A stretch of DNA of 64,000 bases, from NCBI GenBank assembly GCA_043228905.1, contig JBHGNT010000015.1:15438001-15502000 (forward strand). The letters are read 5' to 3'. The position numbers and the translations under genes were made by a program. Below are positions 31,291-43,446 of the stretch, piece by piece. This stretch comes from Azolla caroliniana (lineage: Eukaryota > Plantae > Polypodiophyta). The notes beneath the pieces were generated by a model, which saw nothing but the letters and a program-made list of their open reading frames with translations, was not told the DNA's origin and did no database searches. Within the stretch, counting starts at the first letter, position 1. Every line of letters starts with the position of its first letter.

Positions 31291-34200
31291 TTAAGAAAAT
31301 AATGTATGGGGAAACAAGTCCACTTCTTGCTCCCATCCATCTGTATCAACAATATCATTAGTAACTTGGGGAATATAAGTAGGTCCCCGAGTTACATACT
31401 TTTTAAGGCGCCATCCGTTCACTCGATAAGAATGAAGTGCTCCATCCACATCTTTCAATTGGTAACTTCCGTTGTCATACTTTTTGTGAACCACAAAGGG
31501 TCCTTCCCACTTATTATCAAGCTTTTGTCCTTGAATATAATCATATCTATTATCATACCTAAGAACCAATGATCCTTCTTCAATGTGGTTGCCCTTGTGT
31601 TTTTTGTCATATGCCTCCTTTCTCTTCATTGCTTGATTTAAGTAATGCTCCACAGCTTCTTCTCTTGAATATTGTAGTAGATGGTTGCTCGCTAAACGAC
31701 TCATCACATCATTTCCTTTTGAGCGATGCGATGCCTCCATTAGTCTATTACTTTTGATCTCAAGTTCGATCGGAAGTAACGCTTCTTTTCCATAAACCAA
31801 ATAAAAAGGAGTAAAACCTGTGGAGGATTTATAAGAAACTCTATAAGCCCAAAGAGTATCATCCAAATACCTATCCCATGTTCTTACTTTGTCTTGCACT
31901 AACTTTGTCAAATTCTTCACTATAAGCCCATTCACTTTCTCAACTGCACCATTTGCTTGAGGATAATAAGGCGTTGAATATCGATGCTTAATCTTCAACT
32001 TGCTTAATAGACAAGCTAACATTTCACTCCTAAAACCGGGTCCATGATCGGATACAATCTCCATGGGAACTCCAAATCTAGTACAAATATTCTTATACAC
32101 AAATTGGGCTACATCTTTGGCTTTAATCGAGGAAGTTGCTATAGCTTCCACCCACTTTGTCATGTAGTCAATGGCCACCAAAATAAACTCTTTACCATGT
32201 TGAGTTTTCGGAAGAGGTCCTACTGCATCAATTCCCCATTTCTCGAATGGAGCAAACACCACAATGGGTTGTAAAGGTCCACTTTGTAGATGTCTTATTC
32301 CCGCTTTTTGACATGCATCACAAGATCTACACCAATCATGCACATCCCTATGGATAGTAGGCCATGTAAAACCAATTAGTAAAATCTTTCTTATCATTAT
32401 ATCATGGGCTAAATGCCCACCACAAACTTCTTCATGCAACTTAAAGAGTATCTTTATAATCTCGCTTTTGTTAGGAACTCTTCGTAAAACTCCATCTTTC
32501 CCTTTGTTGTACAAATCTTCACCCACCAAATGATATTGTGAAGCCTTTGCCACCAAACGCTTTCTTTGCAAAGCATTGAGGTTATTTGGAAACTCTCCTT
32601 TATTAAGAAAATTATGTACTTCCTCTAGGGAGTCTACATCTTTGCACGTCTCCAAAACACCAACGAAACCTTCCTTGATCTTATCTAATTGGGCTTGAGC
32701 TAATGCATCCGCTTCTTTATTGTATAATCTCCCCACATGCTTAACCTGTATCTTTTCAAAAGACCTTAGTAGACTCATTGCTTCTTTATAAAAATTTCTA
32801 AGCCCATCACTTTGACATTTCCAATTGCCTTGAATTTGTTTAATTACCAATAAGGAATCACCCTTAAGAATTAATCTTTTTATCTTCATAGCTTTACATA
32901 GACGAAGACCATAACACAAGGTAGCATACTCCGCTTCATTATTTGAATTCACACCACTTAATGTAATACCTTCACTTTTTACTCTGTCTCCTTGAGGATC
33001 CTTGAGAATAATCCCACCCACGGCTATGTTTGTGGCTTTGCGAAATGCCCCATCAAAGAATAAGGTGAATGCATCCTCCATATCCGGCTCGGGAAGTGCC
33101 TTTCGTAGCTTTACCAAGTCTTCTTCATGAAAGGTTTCTCTAAAGGTGAGAAGATCCGCCAATTCGGCACGCATAGTTGATTCCAATTTGACTTCAAAAT
33201 CAAACTCCGCTAATAGTAGAGCCCATTTAGCAATTCGTGCTGAAATGCTCACATGTTGGAGTACATATGGGAGTAATGACATGCTAGTGATTATTACAAA
33301 ATGATGAGGTAGTAGAAAGCTTCTAAACTTTTTACAAGCATATATAAGAGCTAACATCCACTTTTCTACTTCTAAGAATTCTTTCTCTACATCAGACATG
33401 GCTTTACTAATAAAATATATAGGATGCATAAGCCTATTTTCAGAATCTTGTTGCATAAGAATGGCTCCTATAGCATGAGATCCAACACTAAGAGAAAGAA
33501 AGAAGGTAGATGTTCTATCAGGTGGCTTTAGAATAGGAGCATTACATAATAGTTCTTTTATTCTTACATATTGCTCTTCAGTTGTAGATGTCCACAAGAA
33601 GTTGTTGGTGCGAAGAATAATGCGAAAAGGATAGAGAATTTGGGCCAACATATGAATGAATCGTTCAAAGTAACGAACTTTTTGAACAAATACCTCCAAA
33701 TCTTTGATACTCGTGGGTGTTGTCATCTTTTGAATTGCTTCAATCTTTGAGCTATCAACTTTGATTCCTTCTTGAGACACCACATGACCAAGCATCACCA
33801 CCTCCTTTTCACCTATGTGACACTTCTCTGGGTTGAGTTGCATTTTGCATTCCTCCAATCTTTTGAATGCCAAGCGAACCTTTTCCAAATGGTCTTTCCT
33901 GCTACTATAAATTGCAAAGTCATCCATAAAGACTCTAACAAACTTTCCAAAGAATGGTTGGAATACATGAATAGCAAGACGATTAAATGTAAAAACAGCA
34001 TTTGTGAGTCCAAAGGGCATGCATCGATATGCAAAGCATCCCCATGGAGTGATGAATGTCGTCTTCTTTTGATCCTCTTCCGCAATACGAATTTGAAAAT
34101 AACCTGAATAGCCATCACAAACAGAGTACATTTCATGACCCGCAATTTCATCTAATATTTCATCTTGGAAAGGGAGAGGAAAGTGATCCCTCTTGGTAGC

Positions 34201-36450
34201 CGCATTTAGAGGTTTGTAATCAACACAAACCCTCCATTTTCCATTCTTTTTAGGTACCACCACAATGGGCGAAACCCATTCAGAATCTTCCACTGGGTAA
34301 ATGAATTGTGCACGCAACAAAGCTTTGACTTCCTTTAATAAGGCCTCCTTTTGCACGTGACCTAGCCTTCGCAACTTTTGCGCAACGGGAGTTGTACCCT
34401 CCTTTAGATTTATGTGATGTTGGATGACATCTACACCCCTAATATGAGCATAATCACTAATGAAAAGGTTAGGAAATTCAGAAATCAAATTAATAAATTG
34501 TTGCCTCTCTTGCCCTTTAAGATCTTTAGAAATCATCTTCTCTTTTTGCTCCATAGTAATTAAACCTCCTTCATCATCTTCTTCCTTCAAAACGGCATAT
34601 GATGTGGTCATTTCCCATTCTGACGAGGAATCTTCACTTTCATCACTTTCATATGCGGACCCACTATCATATTCAGTTATTCCATCTTCTTCTTTCTCAA
34701 TAAGTCTTTGTTGCCGCATATCATAATGTATGCTCACTCCTTTTGATGGCGTTATGGTCATCAAACCTTTGCTCCAATCTTGGACAACATTGAGTTCTTG
34801 CATCCATGGTCGTCCTAGTACCAAAGAATATGACGGTCCTTTTAGTGGTATTACATGAAAATCCATGGAAATGCTTACCCCAAAACACTTGATGACAACA
34901 TCCTCCACTATGCCAATGCAATGGACCACTCCACCATCGGCTACAGCCACTCTTGCCGAAGATGACCTACTTATAGGAATTCCCACTTTGTTTACCACAA
35001 ATTCAGAAATCAAGCTTACTCTAGCACCACTATCAACCAACGCATCTTTGATGTGAAACCCTTTGATGGAGACGGGGATGGTGGGTCGTATGTCCTTTCG
35101 ATCTTCTACTCGCACGATTCCCACATAATGCACAGTCTTCCGACTTTGGCGAATACTTGCAAGTCGCCCCCACTCCTTTCGTAATGTGGGAGATAATTGG
35201 AGAAGTTGCGGCCATGTTATCCTTGGTCCACTTGAAATCAACTCATGCTTCAAATTGAAAGCTTCTACACCTTCACCCATAGGAATGTCCTCCATCTTGA
35301 TCTTTCTTCTAGAGTGTCTCCTTCTCAATTTTTCCTCTTTCTCATTCTCCTTAGACTTCTTCTTTTGTCTTGAGGCACTAGATTCTCCTTCAACTTCTTT
35401 CTCCTTTTGCGAGGACCTTGTCCTTTTCACAGGAGCTACTTCAAAAGAATTATCACTATCATCAATAAAATTAAGAAGATTCACATTATGAGGGATTGTA
35501 GGAACCTGAGCCATAGGGAGTGTTACGTTTCCTTCGACTTCATTGTTGTTAGGTCGTTGTCCATTCCTTTGCACTTGATAAATGCCTCTTCCCATGCCTC
35601 TTTGTTGTCGATGAGGACATCTTGTTGAGATGTGTCCCTCCTCTTGACAAGAATAACAAATTACACCGTGATGCCCTCTAGAGCCACCACCATCGGGAAT
35701 AGTGTTGTGAATTGCTTGGGATTGTCGCAAGTGGGTCATCACTTCATCAAAGCGCCGATTTACCAATGCCATGGTATCTTGTTCACTCCTCACTTGTTCA
35801 ACTTCTTGGGATATACTTGTTGGGTTTATTGTTGTGGTGGTATACACATTTGGAAACACTTGTCCCCCATGCACAATTGAAGATGAGGCTTGAAAGTTGG
35901 CACGAGGCATCAAATTTGCACCCAAAGCCGTCATTTGGGGATCCCCCAAGGAGCTCATCATCTTCACTTGTCGATCATAAGCTTGACAAACTTGGATAAG
36001 AGCTTGAAACGATGTGGGATCCTTCAAGTTTGCTTCCAAACGGAAATACATATCAAGACCCATCTTGAATCGTTCCATTTTAAACCACTCGTCTTCAGTG
36101 CCGCCACGAAGACGAATCCATGTAGTCCACAAATCCTTGAAATTTCTTTCATACTCAGTGAAACCAATTGGTGATTCCATCTTTAGTCGAAATAGCTCTT
36201 CCCTTACTTCGGTTGCACTTCGTCGTTGAATATATTTGGCACGAAACTGGTGCACCAACAATTGATATGCTCCCTGTTGGTTTGGAGGAAGAGAGTCATA
36301 CCAATCTCGAGCTCGACCATAGAATGTAGCTACCAATAAAGGTAACTTCTCATTGTCGGTGATGCGTCCAATAGAGACAGCATGATGCTCAAAAGATGCC
36401 AAAAAGGCACCCGCATCTTGTGTTCTTTCACCTGAAAATGCAAATTGCAT
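31291..36450 (-). CDS. Gypsy polyprotein, unit 3
   Basis: Translation identical to unit 2. Confidence 0.95.
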   Translation of the reverse strand: MQFAFSGERTQDAGAFLASFEHHAVSIGRITDNEKLPLLVATFYGRARDWYDSLPPNQQGAYQLLVHQFRAKYIQRRSATEVREELFRLKMESPIGFTEYERNFKDLWTTWIRLRGGTEDEWFKMERFKMGLDMYFRLEANLKDPTSFQALIQVCQAYDRQVKMMSSLGDPQMTALGANLMPRANFQASSSIVHGGQVFPNVYTTTTINPTSISQEVEQVRSEQDTMALVNRRFDEVMTHLRQSQAIHNTIPDGGGSRGHHGVICYSCQEEGHISTRCPHRQQRGMGRGIYQVQRNGQRPNNNEVEGNVTLPMAQVPTIPHNVNLLNFIDDSDNSFEVAPVKRTRSSQKEKEVEGESSASRQKKKSKENEKEEKLRRRHSRRKIKMEDIPMGEGVEAFNLKHELISSGPRITWPQLLQLSPTLRKEWGRLASIRQSRKTVHYVGIVRVEDRKDIRPTIPVSIKGFHIKDALVDSGARVSLISEFVVNKVGIPISRSSSARVAVADGGVVHCIGIVEDVVIKCFGVSISMDFHVIPLKGPSYSLVLGRPWMQELNVVQDWSKGLMTITPSKGVSIHYDMRQQRLIEKEEDGITEYDSGSAYESDESEDSSSEWEMTTSYAVLKEEDDEGGLITMEQKEKMISKDLKGQERQQFINLISEFPNLFISDYAHIRGVDVIQHHINLKEGTTPVAQKLRRLGHVQKEALLKEVKALLRAQFIYPVEDSEWVSPIVVVPKKNGKWRVCVDYKPLNAATKRDHFPLPFQDEILDEIAGHEMYSVCDGYSGYFQIRIAEEDQKKTTFITPWGCFAYRCMPFGLTNAVFTFNRLAIHVFQPFFGKFVRVFMDDFAIYSSRKDHLEKVRLAFKRLEECKMQLNPEKCHIGEKEVVMLGHVVSQEGIKVDSSKIEAIQKMTTPTSIKDLEVFVQKVRYFERFIHMLAQILYPFRIILRTNNFLWTSTTEEQYVRIKELLCNAPILKPPDRTSTFFLSLSVGSHAIGAILMQQDSENRLMHPIYFISKAMSDVEKEFLEVEKWMLALIYACKKFRSFLLPHHFVIITSMSLLPYVLQHVSISARIAKWALLLAEFDFEVKLESTMRAELADLLTFRETFHEEDLVKLRKALPEPDMEDAFTLFFDGAFRKATNIAVGGIILKDPQGDRVKSEGITLSGVNSNNEAEYATLCYGLRLCKAMKIKRLILKGDSLLVIKQIQGNWKCQSDGLRNFYKEAMSLLRSFEKIQVKHVGRLYNKEADALAQAQLDKIKEGFVGVLETCKDVDSLEEVHNFLNKGEFPNNLNALQRKRLVAKASQYHLVGEDLYNKGKDGVLRRVPNKSEIIKILFKLHEEVCGGHLAHDIMIRKILLIGFTWPTIHRDVHDWCRSCDACQKAGIRHLQSGPLQPIVVFAPFEKWGIDAVGPLPKTQHGKEFILVAIDYMTKWVEAIATSSIKAKDVAQFVYKNICTRFGVPMEIVSDHGPGFRSEMLACLLSKLKIKHRYSTPYYPQANGAVEKVNGLIVKNLTKLVQDKVRTWDRYLDDTLWAYRVSYKSSTGFTPFYLVYGKEALLPIELEIKSNRLMEASHRSKGNDVMSRLASNHLLQYSREEAVEHYLNQAMKRKEAYDKKHKGNHIEEGSLVLRYDNRYDYIQGQKLDNKWEGPFVVHKKYDNGSYQLKDVDGALHSYRVNGWRLKKYVTRGPTYIPQVTNDIVDTDGWEQEVDLFPHTLFS

Positions 36451-36538
36451 AGCTAAGTTAATGTAATATAGTAACACAATTAAATGATAAGTTCTCCCTC
36501 CTATACGGAAAGGATCCGCCCTCCCTGGAGCGCCAAAA

Positions 36539-37287
36539 TGGTAGAGTGTATAAGATAATAGATAGTTATACACTATATGAGGGCTTGACCAAACCGATTA
36601 GATGGAGTTGAAAATCATAATATATTATATAGCTCTAGGTAATTATGATTAGAGAGTATAACTCAAGAAACTAAGAAAAAAGATAGAGAAAGCGAGCAAG
36701 AAATAAGAATGTTCTGATATTCCAACATTAAGAGAATACAAAGGAGACAAACTCCACATTGAACTAAAACCAAAGACCTTCCTCTTCTAAGACACTTCCT
36801 CTTCCACAAAGACACTTCTTCCTAACACTCCTCATCCACTCTTTGGCCTTCACTCTTCGCCCCCCTCCTCACTAATATTACTTCTTCTTTTATAACCTTC
36901 CTCTTCTTATCCACGTTCATGCTATTTTTAGAAGCTTTTTATCTCCCTATTTTTAGCTATGACACATCAACCTTCTAATCGTCATATCTCCCTCATCCGA
37001 TATCCAAATTAAGCGATTTAAAAAGCTATAGAAAGCTCTTTTTACAAGCTTTCTAATCCATATTTAAACGTGATATTTGGATAAACAACGAGGGAGTTAT
37101 GACCATTCTATTTTTACTGTTTTTTATAGTCTGCGTTTTCTCTTTTTACTTTTCTCTTGGTCTCGTACTTTTACTTTTGACTTCTTCCCTAAGGTCTTAG
37201 TTCGTGTTCTTATCCTCAAAAGGTGAATTATCTATACTTTATATTCTCCTAATGTTCAATGGCTTAGATTCTAAAAACACTTTCACA
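36539..37287 (-). repeat. Gypsy 5' LTR, outer end of the array
   Basis: Repeat identity ends after ...ctttcaca at 37287; flank CATAG follows. Confidence 0.9.
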
Positions 37288-37441
37288 CATAGCATGGACC
37301 AAGGATACTCTATAACACAGGCCTTGAGATCTCATTGCCATGGGATAGAAGAACCTTGCTTAGTAAGGAATATATTATCTTACATGGAGAGTTTTGATTT
37401 TCCCATCAATACATTCTACTTAATATTGATATTTGTCATTT

Positions 37442-37708
37442 GAAATGTTCTCCAATGAAGGAGATTGGATACTAGATTTGTTCTCCGACTTTGGTAAATT
37501 ATTATAACTTTGTTTGCTATGCCTTTAGAAATCAATATAGTTTATGTTTAGCTAAAACAATCTTCATTTTAAATTGTTAATGTGTACTACATCTGCATCT
37601 GCATTGAAGCTATTCAGAAATATTGTTGCACTTAAAAAGGATGATGAGCAAGTGAGTTTCTTTAACATGAGGATTGAAGCCTTAACATTTTCAATATGCA
37701 TCCCATGA
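37442..37708 (+). pseudogene. Relic of an N4-cytosine/N6-adenine DNA methyltransferase-like gene (SAM-binding C-terminal part), two exons
   Basis: 37442-37493 gives EMFSNEGDWILDLFSDF-G. A GT donor follows, then a 90-nt AT-rich intron whose AG acceptor is lost. From 37584 the frame continues (G)TTSASALKLFRNIVALKKDDEQVSFFNMRIEAL. The joined peptide matches the beta-class N4/N6 MTase pattern S-N-E-G-D-x-V-L-D-P-F-x-G-S-G-T-T-x-x-A-A-x-x-L-G-R-N-x-I-G-x-E-x-D. Confidence 0.65.
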
Positions 37709-37709
37709 G

Positions 37710-39250
37710 GGGTGTTGGAAGGTACTACTTCGCAACAGGTTGCAAGCAAGGACTCCCAAGTATGGTAGGCCTTGGCCTAACTCCTTGAATTGGTGTGGCA
37801 CGAGCGGAGTCCCATCCAAGATGGCTTGTCAACCGGAAGACAAGGTAACGAACTCCATCTTGCGAGCATGGTGTCATGTGCGTCAACATTTGGTCAAGCA
37901 CACCCCAGAGACACTCATTGAGTGGACTAGACAACCTTTATTTTGGAATCCTCAGTTGTGAACAAGTGATGACATGAAGTTAGGGCAGCTTAAGGGCCTG
38001 GCATGGGGAAAGTTGGCGCAGACAGGGCTTCACTCTATAGACGATTGGAGACGCATGGTTTCTCCAAGGGGAGCCCAGGAGGACCCATTCCCTCCCCTCA
38101 AGAGAGATATGAAAATGCGGAGACTGATAGTTGCGGCAGTTGATAGGGTTCTGATGGGGGATGAGCGAGAAGATGCATGGTTCGGTCTCTTTGATGAGGC
38201 TAGAATGGTTAAGTTGGTGAAGGGTGTGAGTGGATTGGGAAGAGATACATTTTTTGGAGAGAGGCAGAGTAAGGGGCACTTGGCACCCAGTTCGAGTGGT
38301 GGCGGAGGTTGATAACATCTGGAAGACAGACCCGGATGTTACTAAGGTGGAACCCCATTGGAAGTTATGGGTATATGGTTCTCATCCCCTCATTGAACTA
38401 GAATGGGACCTAGGGGATTTCATGTGGAAACATGGTGGCAAACTCTGCCACTTCTTCGAATATAGCACTAAATTTGGGGCGAACTTTACAACTGCAGCTC
38501 GATGGTCCCCTTCATAATGGATGGCGATCATTGGGCATCCCTGACGAGGTGCTCATTACCTTTTGGAAGGGTCTCTGGCATCTCCACATGCCTAAAAAAA
38601 TCAAGCTCTTTTTGTGGTAGATCGGTCATAATGTGGTTCCCGTTGGAAAATGGCTAGGTAAAAATGGCGGCCCGATAGGTTGCCCACTTTGCTCTTCACC
38701 TATTGAGTCTTTGAGACATTGTCTTTGGGATTGCCCTCAAACTCAAAAGGTATGGGACAGAGTCACTCGCCTCCTTGCGGCATGTGAAGTGGATGGAACA
38801 ACATCGTGGAGTGTTGCGGCATGGATTGACCACTCGGTTGATAGGTGGACAGACACCTTCAATGCGGATAGTTGGTGCTATGTATGCACGAGAGGCAAAA
38901 TCGTCAAGATCCGCTTCGAGAGAGACTTGTTGTCTGCATCCCCTAGGTTCCTAGAAATTTGGAGGTTGATCACAGGCTTCACCTTGTGGTATGTCTGGAA
39001 AGCACGATGCTTAAAGGTTTTCCAAGATCTGGTACAGCCCCCAGAGGAAGTGATCATGGATATATGGTTCGTGCTTATCAGCTGCCTACGAGGGCAATTG
39101 GACGAGGTTTGCAACCACTCCAATGATGTGGCCACTGCCCGGTTGCGCTTTTGGCAGAAATGGCAAAACACGCCTATGGTGACGCTAGGAGAAAGTGGCC
39201 CGAGGTGGAACTACCAGCCCCCAAGCTGGCTATTTCCTTCTCACATGCCT
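37710..39250 (+). mobile_element. L1-type LINE, decayed 3' part of ORF2 (zinc-binding zf-RVT region)
   Basis: FWKGLWHLHMPKKIKLFLW...CPLCSSPIESLRHCLWDCP...FTLWYVWKARCLKVFQ; stops and frameshifts; boundaries approximate. Confidence 0.8.
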
Positions 39251-42200
39251 CACTCCCTTCGTTGTAACTGTTGGTTGTTATTCTTATTCTTGTAAATATA
39301 TAGTTTAAGCTTTTCTATTTTCCTACCTCGTTTCTCTCTTCTATCTTCTCTCATATACACACATAACACACACCTCTCTAATCTACTTCCACACTACATA
39401 ATTACACAAATAATTATTTACATGGTATCAGAGCGGCGTGGTAGCTTGATCTAGCCCATCCACATGTGGTGTGATCTATGCCAACGTTCAAGAAGAATCG
39501 GCTCATCGCTATCGTAGTACCATGACATAGCTCTTATCTAAGAAAGAATATGAAAAGTGAGTCGGCAACTACTAACTATGTCACCAACTCTAACATTGAA
39601 GATTATGATGGAATGTTTGTAATGAGGCATAATGCAAACTCTATGTCGGCCTCTAGTCCGACTAGCACCTCAAACTTAGAAGACGTATGGTTCGTCGATT
39701 CTGACGCCTCGAACCACATGACGTCTCATGGAGAATGGTTCCATGACCTGCAAACACCTGATCATCCCGGCTATGTGGAGATTGGGGACAACACCACACA
39801 TCCAATTCGGCATGTCAGCAATCTCCCATTCGGGAAAGAAGGTGACAAAACTTGCATTAAGAATGTCTTACATGTTTAAGCTATAACAAAGACTTTGGTC
39901 TCAGTCAGCCAAATAGTGGAGCAAGGCATGCAAGTTTGGTTCAACAACGGAGGTTGCTTCATAAAAAGGAAGGGTCAACTTATCGCTCGAGGATGAAGAG
40001 AAGGTTGAATGTTCATTGTTGATTCGAATGAGGTGAAATCGGCCAAGTATGCAAAGGGCCTCAAAGTCGACTTAGATATAGAGTTGTGGCACAAGAGAAT
40101 CGGCCACATCAATCTCCAAAAGCTCAAGGGGATGAAGTGGAAAGGAGTTGTCATCGGACTCCTGACCTTCAAAGAAATGGGGATTGATGGAGTATGTGAG
40201 GCATGCGAATTTGACAATTTAACAACATTGGCATCCATTCCCAAAAGAAAGAAATTTGATCAAAGGCCACTTGGATGTAATTCGCTCAAATGTTTGGGGA
40301 CCAGCACAAATGGCAACAATTGGTGGATGCCGCTACTACACCACCTTCGTCAACAACTACTCCCGACACACTTGGATCTTCCTCATGTGCTAGAAGAACG
40401 AAGTGTTCTCACACTTCCAAAAGTTCAAAAACAAAGTAGAAAATGAAATGGGCTGACATGTTCGGTGCCTTCAGTCGGATGAGAGAAAAGAGTACTTCTC
40501 TGACGCCTTCACAACATACCTTTAAAAAGAAGGAATACATCGAGAGTTCACGTGTCAGCACACACCACAACAAAATGGAGTAGCCAAAAGGAAAAATGGA
40601 GAAGCATCTACCGAATTCATATTGGGCCGAAGCGGCATGTACGGTAGTCTACTTGATCCGGTGTACATGGAGTCACTCCGCACGAGCCGAATATCCTATC
40701 TCAAGATAAGATATTCGGCTCTATTACATTCCCAATGATAAAAGGCAAACACTCTATCCGAAATCAAAAAAATGCATTCTCGTGGATTACTCACTTGAGC
40801 AAAAGGGATACAAGTACTTCAACCCCTCTACCCAAAGGATTTTTGTGAGTCGAGATGTTATCTTTGACGAGTCGACGTCATGGTATGAACCTAACTCATC
40901 TCCACCTGAACTGGTAGAAGAAGAAATGGAATTCAACTCAAAGGCCGACATTCAACCTAGTCCGATACCAAGGGAAAGTCCAATCTCAAGCATGTTGAGT
41001 GGACCACAAGAGCCTCTAAGCAACCAAAGCATGTCATGAACAAGTTCCGAATCGGACAAGGGAAATGTTAAGATGCTTGAATATGAAGTCAACCAATCCG
41101 ACGAGAATGGTGCATATGGTTCAGCACACTCAACATATAGTGAGTTTGGAGTGTCAATTATGTGGGCAATCGAGGTAAAGAAAGCACTTGTAGCAACAAA
41201 GGAAAACTCTAACGCTCATCCAGAGAAAAGAATATTGTCACCCGATTCGGCTACAACAATTACGTGGCATACCACTATGCCTTTATGATGAAGTTGCCCG
41301 CCGTTCGAGAGAGCAAAAGCTTAATTGCTGAAGCAGCTCGAGATCCATGATGGATAGAAGCAGTGGAGGAAATGCAAGCACTCGACAAGAAGAAAACATG
41401 GGACCTTTTTCCACACTCACCACACAAGAAAGCATTTGGTTGTTGATGGATATACAAGGTAAAGTACAATGTCGATGACATGGTCAACCGCTACAAAGCA
41501 TGACCCATAGCAAAAGGTTACACACAAACCCACAACATTGTTATGAGGATATCTTTGCCCTCGTGGCAAAGATGACGGCCATTCAGGCTGTAATAGCTCT
41601 GGTCCCGACGAAGGGGTAGCATCTTCATCAAATGGATGTCAAGAACGTATTTCTCAAATGGGAACTTGAAGAAGAAGTCCACATGGTTCAACCACCCAGA
41701 TTCAAATCGACATCACATCCACAAGTAATGTGTCAACTCAAGAAGCCTCTTTGTGGCCTCAAGCAAGTGCCAAGAGCATGGCACTTGAAGATAACAAAGT
41801 ATCTTCATCAAATCAACTTTCATATGTCCAAATCTGACAATTCTCTAAATGTGAGAGGAAAATCAGAAAACTTGATCTTCATCATCTTGTACGTGGACGA
41901 CTTAGTCATTGGTGGTGAATGATTGATCAACATCAACAAAGTCAAGTCCCTAATCTCCGGCAAATTTGAAATGAAAGACATGGAAGAGTTCCACTACTTC
42001 CTAGGCATTGAAGTGATTCGGACTCCTGACAACATCATCATCTCCCAATGGCACTACGTCTTTAACCTACCTTTGAAGTTCGGTATGGCAAGATGCAAGC
42101 CCATAGCAACCCCTCTCGATCAAAACCTAAAACTGGATGTCACTCCATCACTACTGAGTGTGATCTGACACGATATCGGAAACTAGTAGGAAGCCTAATC

Positions 42201-43392
42201 TACCTCACTATCACCTGACCCGACCTCAACCATCCAATTGGTCTCCTTAGCCAATTCATGCAAATGTCACGCGACCTACATCTCAATTGTGCTAAGCGAG
42301 TACTACGATACGTGAGTGACACTATGGATTATGAGATTCTTTACAAGTTAGCAATGTCGATTTGACTCGAAGGGTAAACAGATGCCGATTAGGCAAGCTA
42401 TAATGCCGATCAGAGCTCGACTTTAGGGTTCGTCTTCACTTTCGGAAGTGGAGCCATTTCCTAGAGTAGTAAGAAGCAGTCAATCATCGCATTGTCAAGC
42501 ACAGAGGCCAAATACAGGGGCACGACCCTGATTGCATGTGAAGCCATATGGTTAAGAGGATTTTCAAAGATTTGGACGTCACCATCAATGATCCAATCTT
42601 GACCAACTGCAACAACCCCAACAACATTCATCTAGCTCGAAATCCGGTATTTCATGCTCCGAGGACAAAGCACATCGAGGTGCACTACCACTTCATCCGG
42701 GAACGTGTCATTGTGGGGGATGTCAACCTTCAACACATCATCACGAACCTTCAAATGGCCAACATCTTCACAAAAGCCTTGTGGGCCAACAAGCTTCGAC
42801 AATTCTCGACGAAGCTCGGCCGCTCGACCCCCAACTTGCCAAGCTTGAAGGGGAGTGAAAGCCAAAAGCCGAACACTAGAACAGTCGAAAACCAATGAAG
42901 CGGAAAGCCAGACATCAAAGCCGATGCCGAACACTGAAAGTCGAAAGCGGACTTTCCAATGGCTTCCCAACACCAAAAGTTGAGCTTGAAGGGGCGTGTT
43001 GAGAATCAAACTCAACTTACTCTAGAAGTCTGTGAACACACCTCAAGAATAGGTAATGTGTGTGAACACACCATAACTACTGTATAACATAATTAATGTG
43101 TCATAGGAGTTACATTGTATGGTCACCCATAGTTAATGACTTAGGTAAGGCCTTCCCAAGATCCTAGAGAGAGAGTATGCGTTTCAGTGAGAAAATGTAG
43201 AGAGATGGTGACCTTATAAGCACCATCCTCCCTCCTTTGTAACTATTGGTTGTTATTCTTATTCTTGTGAATATATAGTTTAAGCTTGTAAAAATTATGT
43301 GTGGAAGCTTGTAGAAAACCAAACATAGTCGGCTGAACCAAACAAACAATATGACAGACAATTAGGTAAACCAAAGGTTGGAGATGGATACA

Positions 43393-43446
<54 letters not shown>

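Larger units (their letters stand above)
22342..37287 (-). mobile_element. Head-to-tail tandem array of a Tat-like Ty3/gypsy element with shared LTRs (two full units plus a 5' part)
   Basis: ORF track repeats exactly at a 6258-bp period (24057/30315/36573). LTRs at 24023-24771, 30281-31029 and 36539-37287. A PBS follows each LTR and a PPT precedes the two internal LTRs. Confidence 0.95.

Noticed and set aside
8600-36300. Numerous short antisense and alternative-frame ORFs over the retroelement pol genes
   Set aside because: Shadow ORFs with no recognisable domains; no env-like or extra ORF is supported.
37288-37441. Possible upstream methyltransferase exon (IAWTK, resembling the IxWxK motif)
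   Set aside because: Too short and followed by stops; cannot be distinguished from chance.
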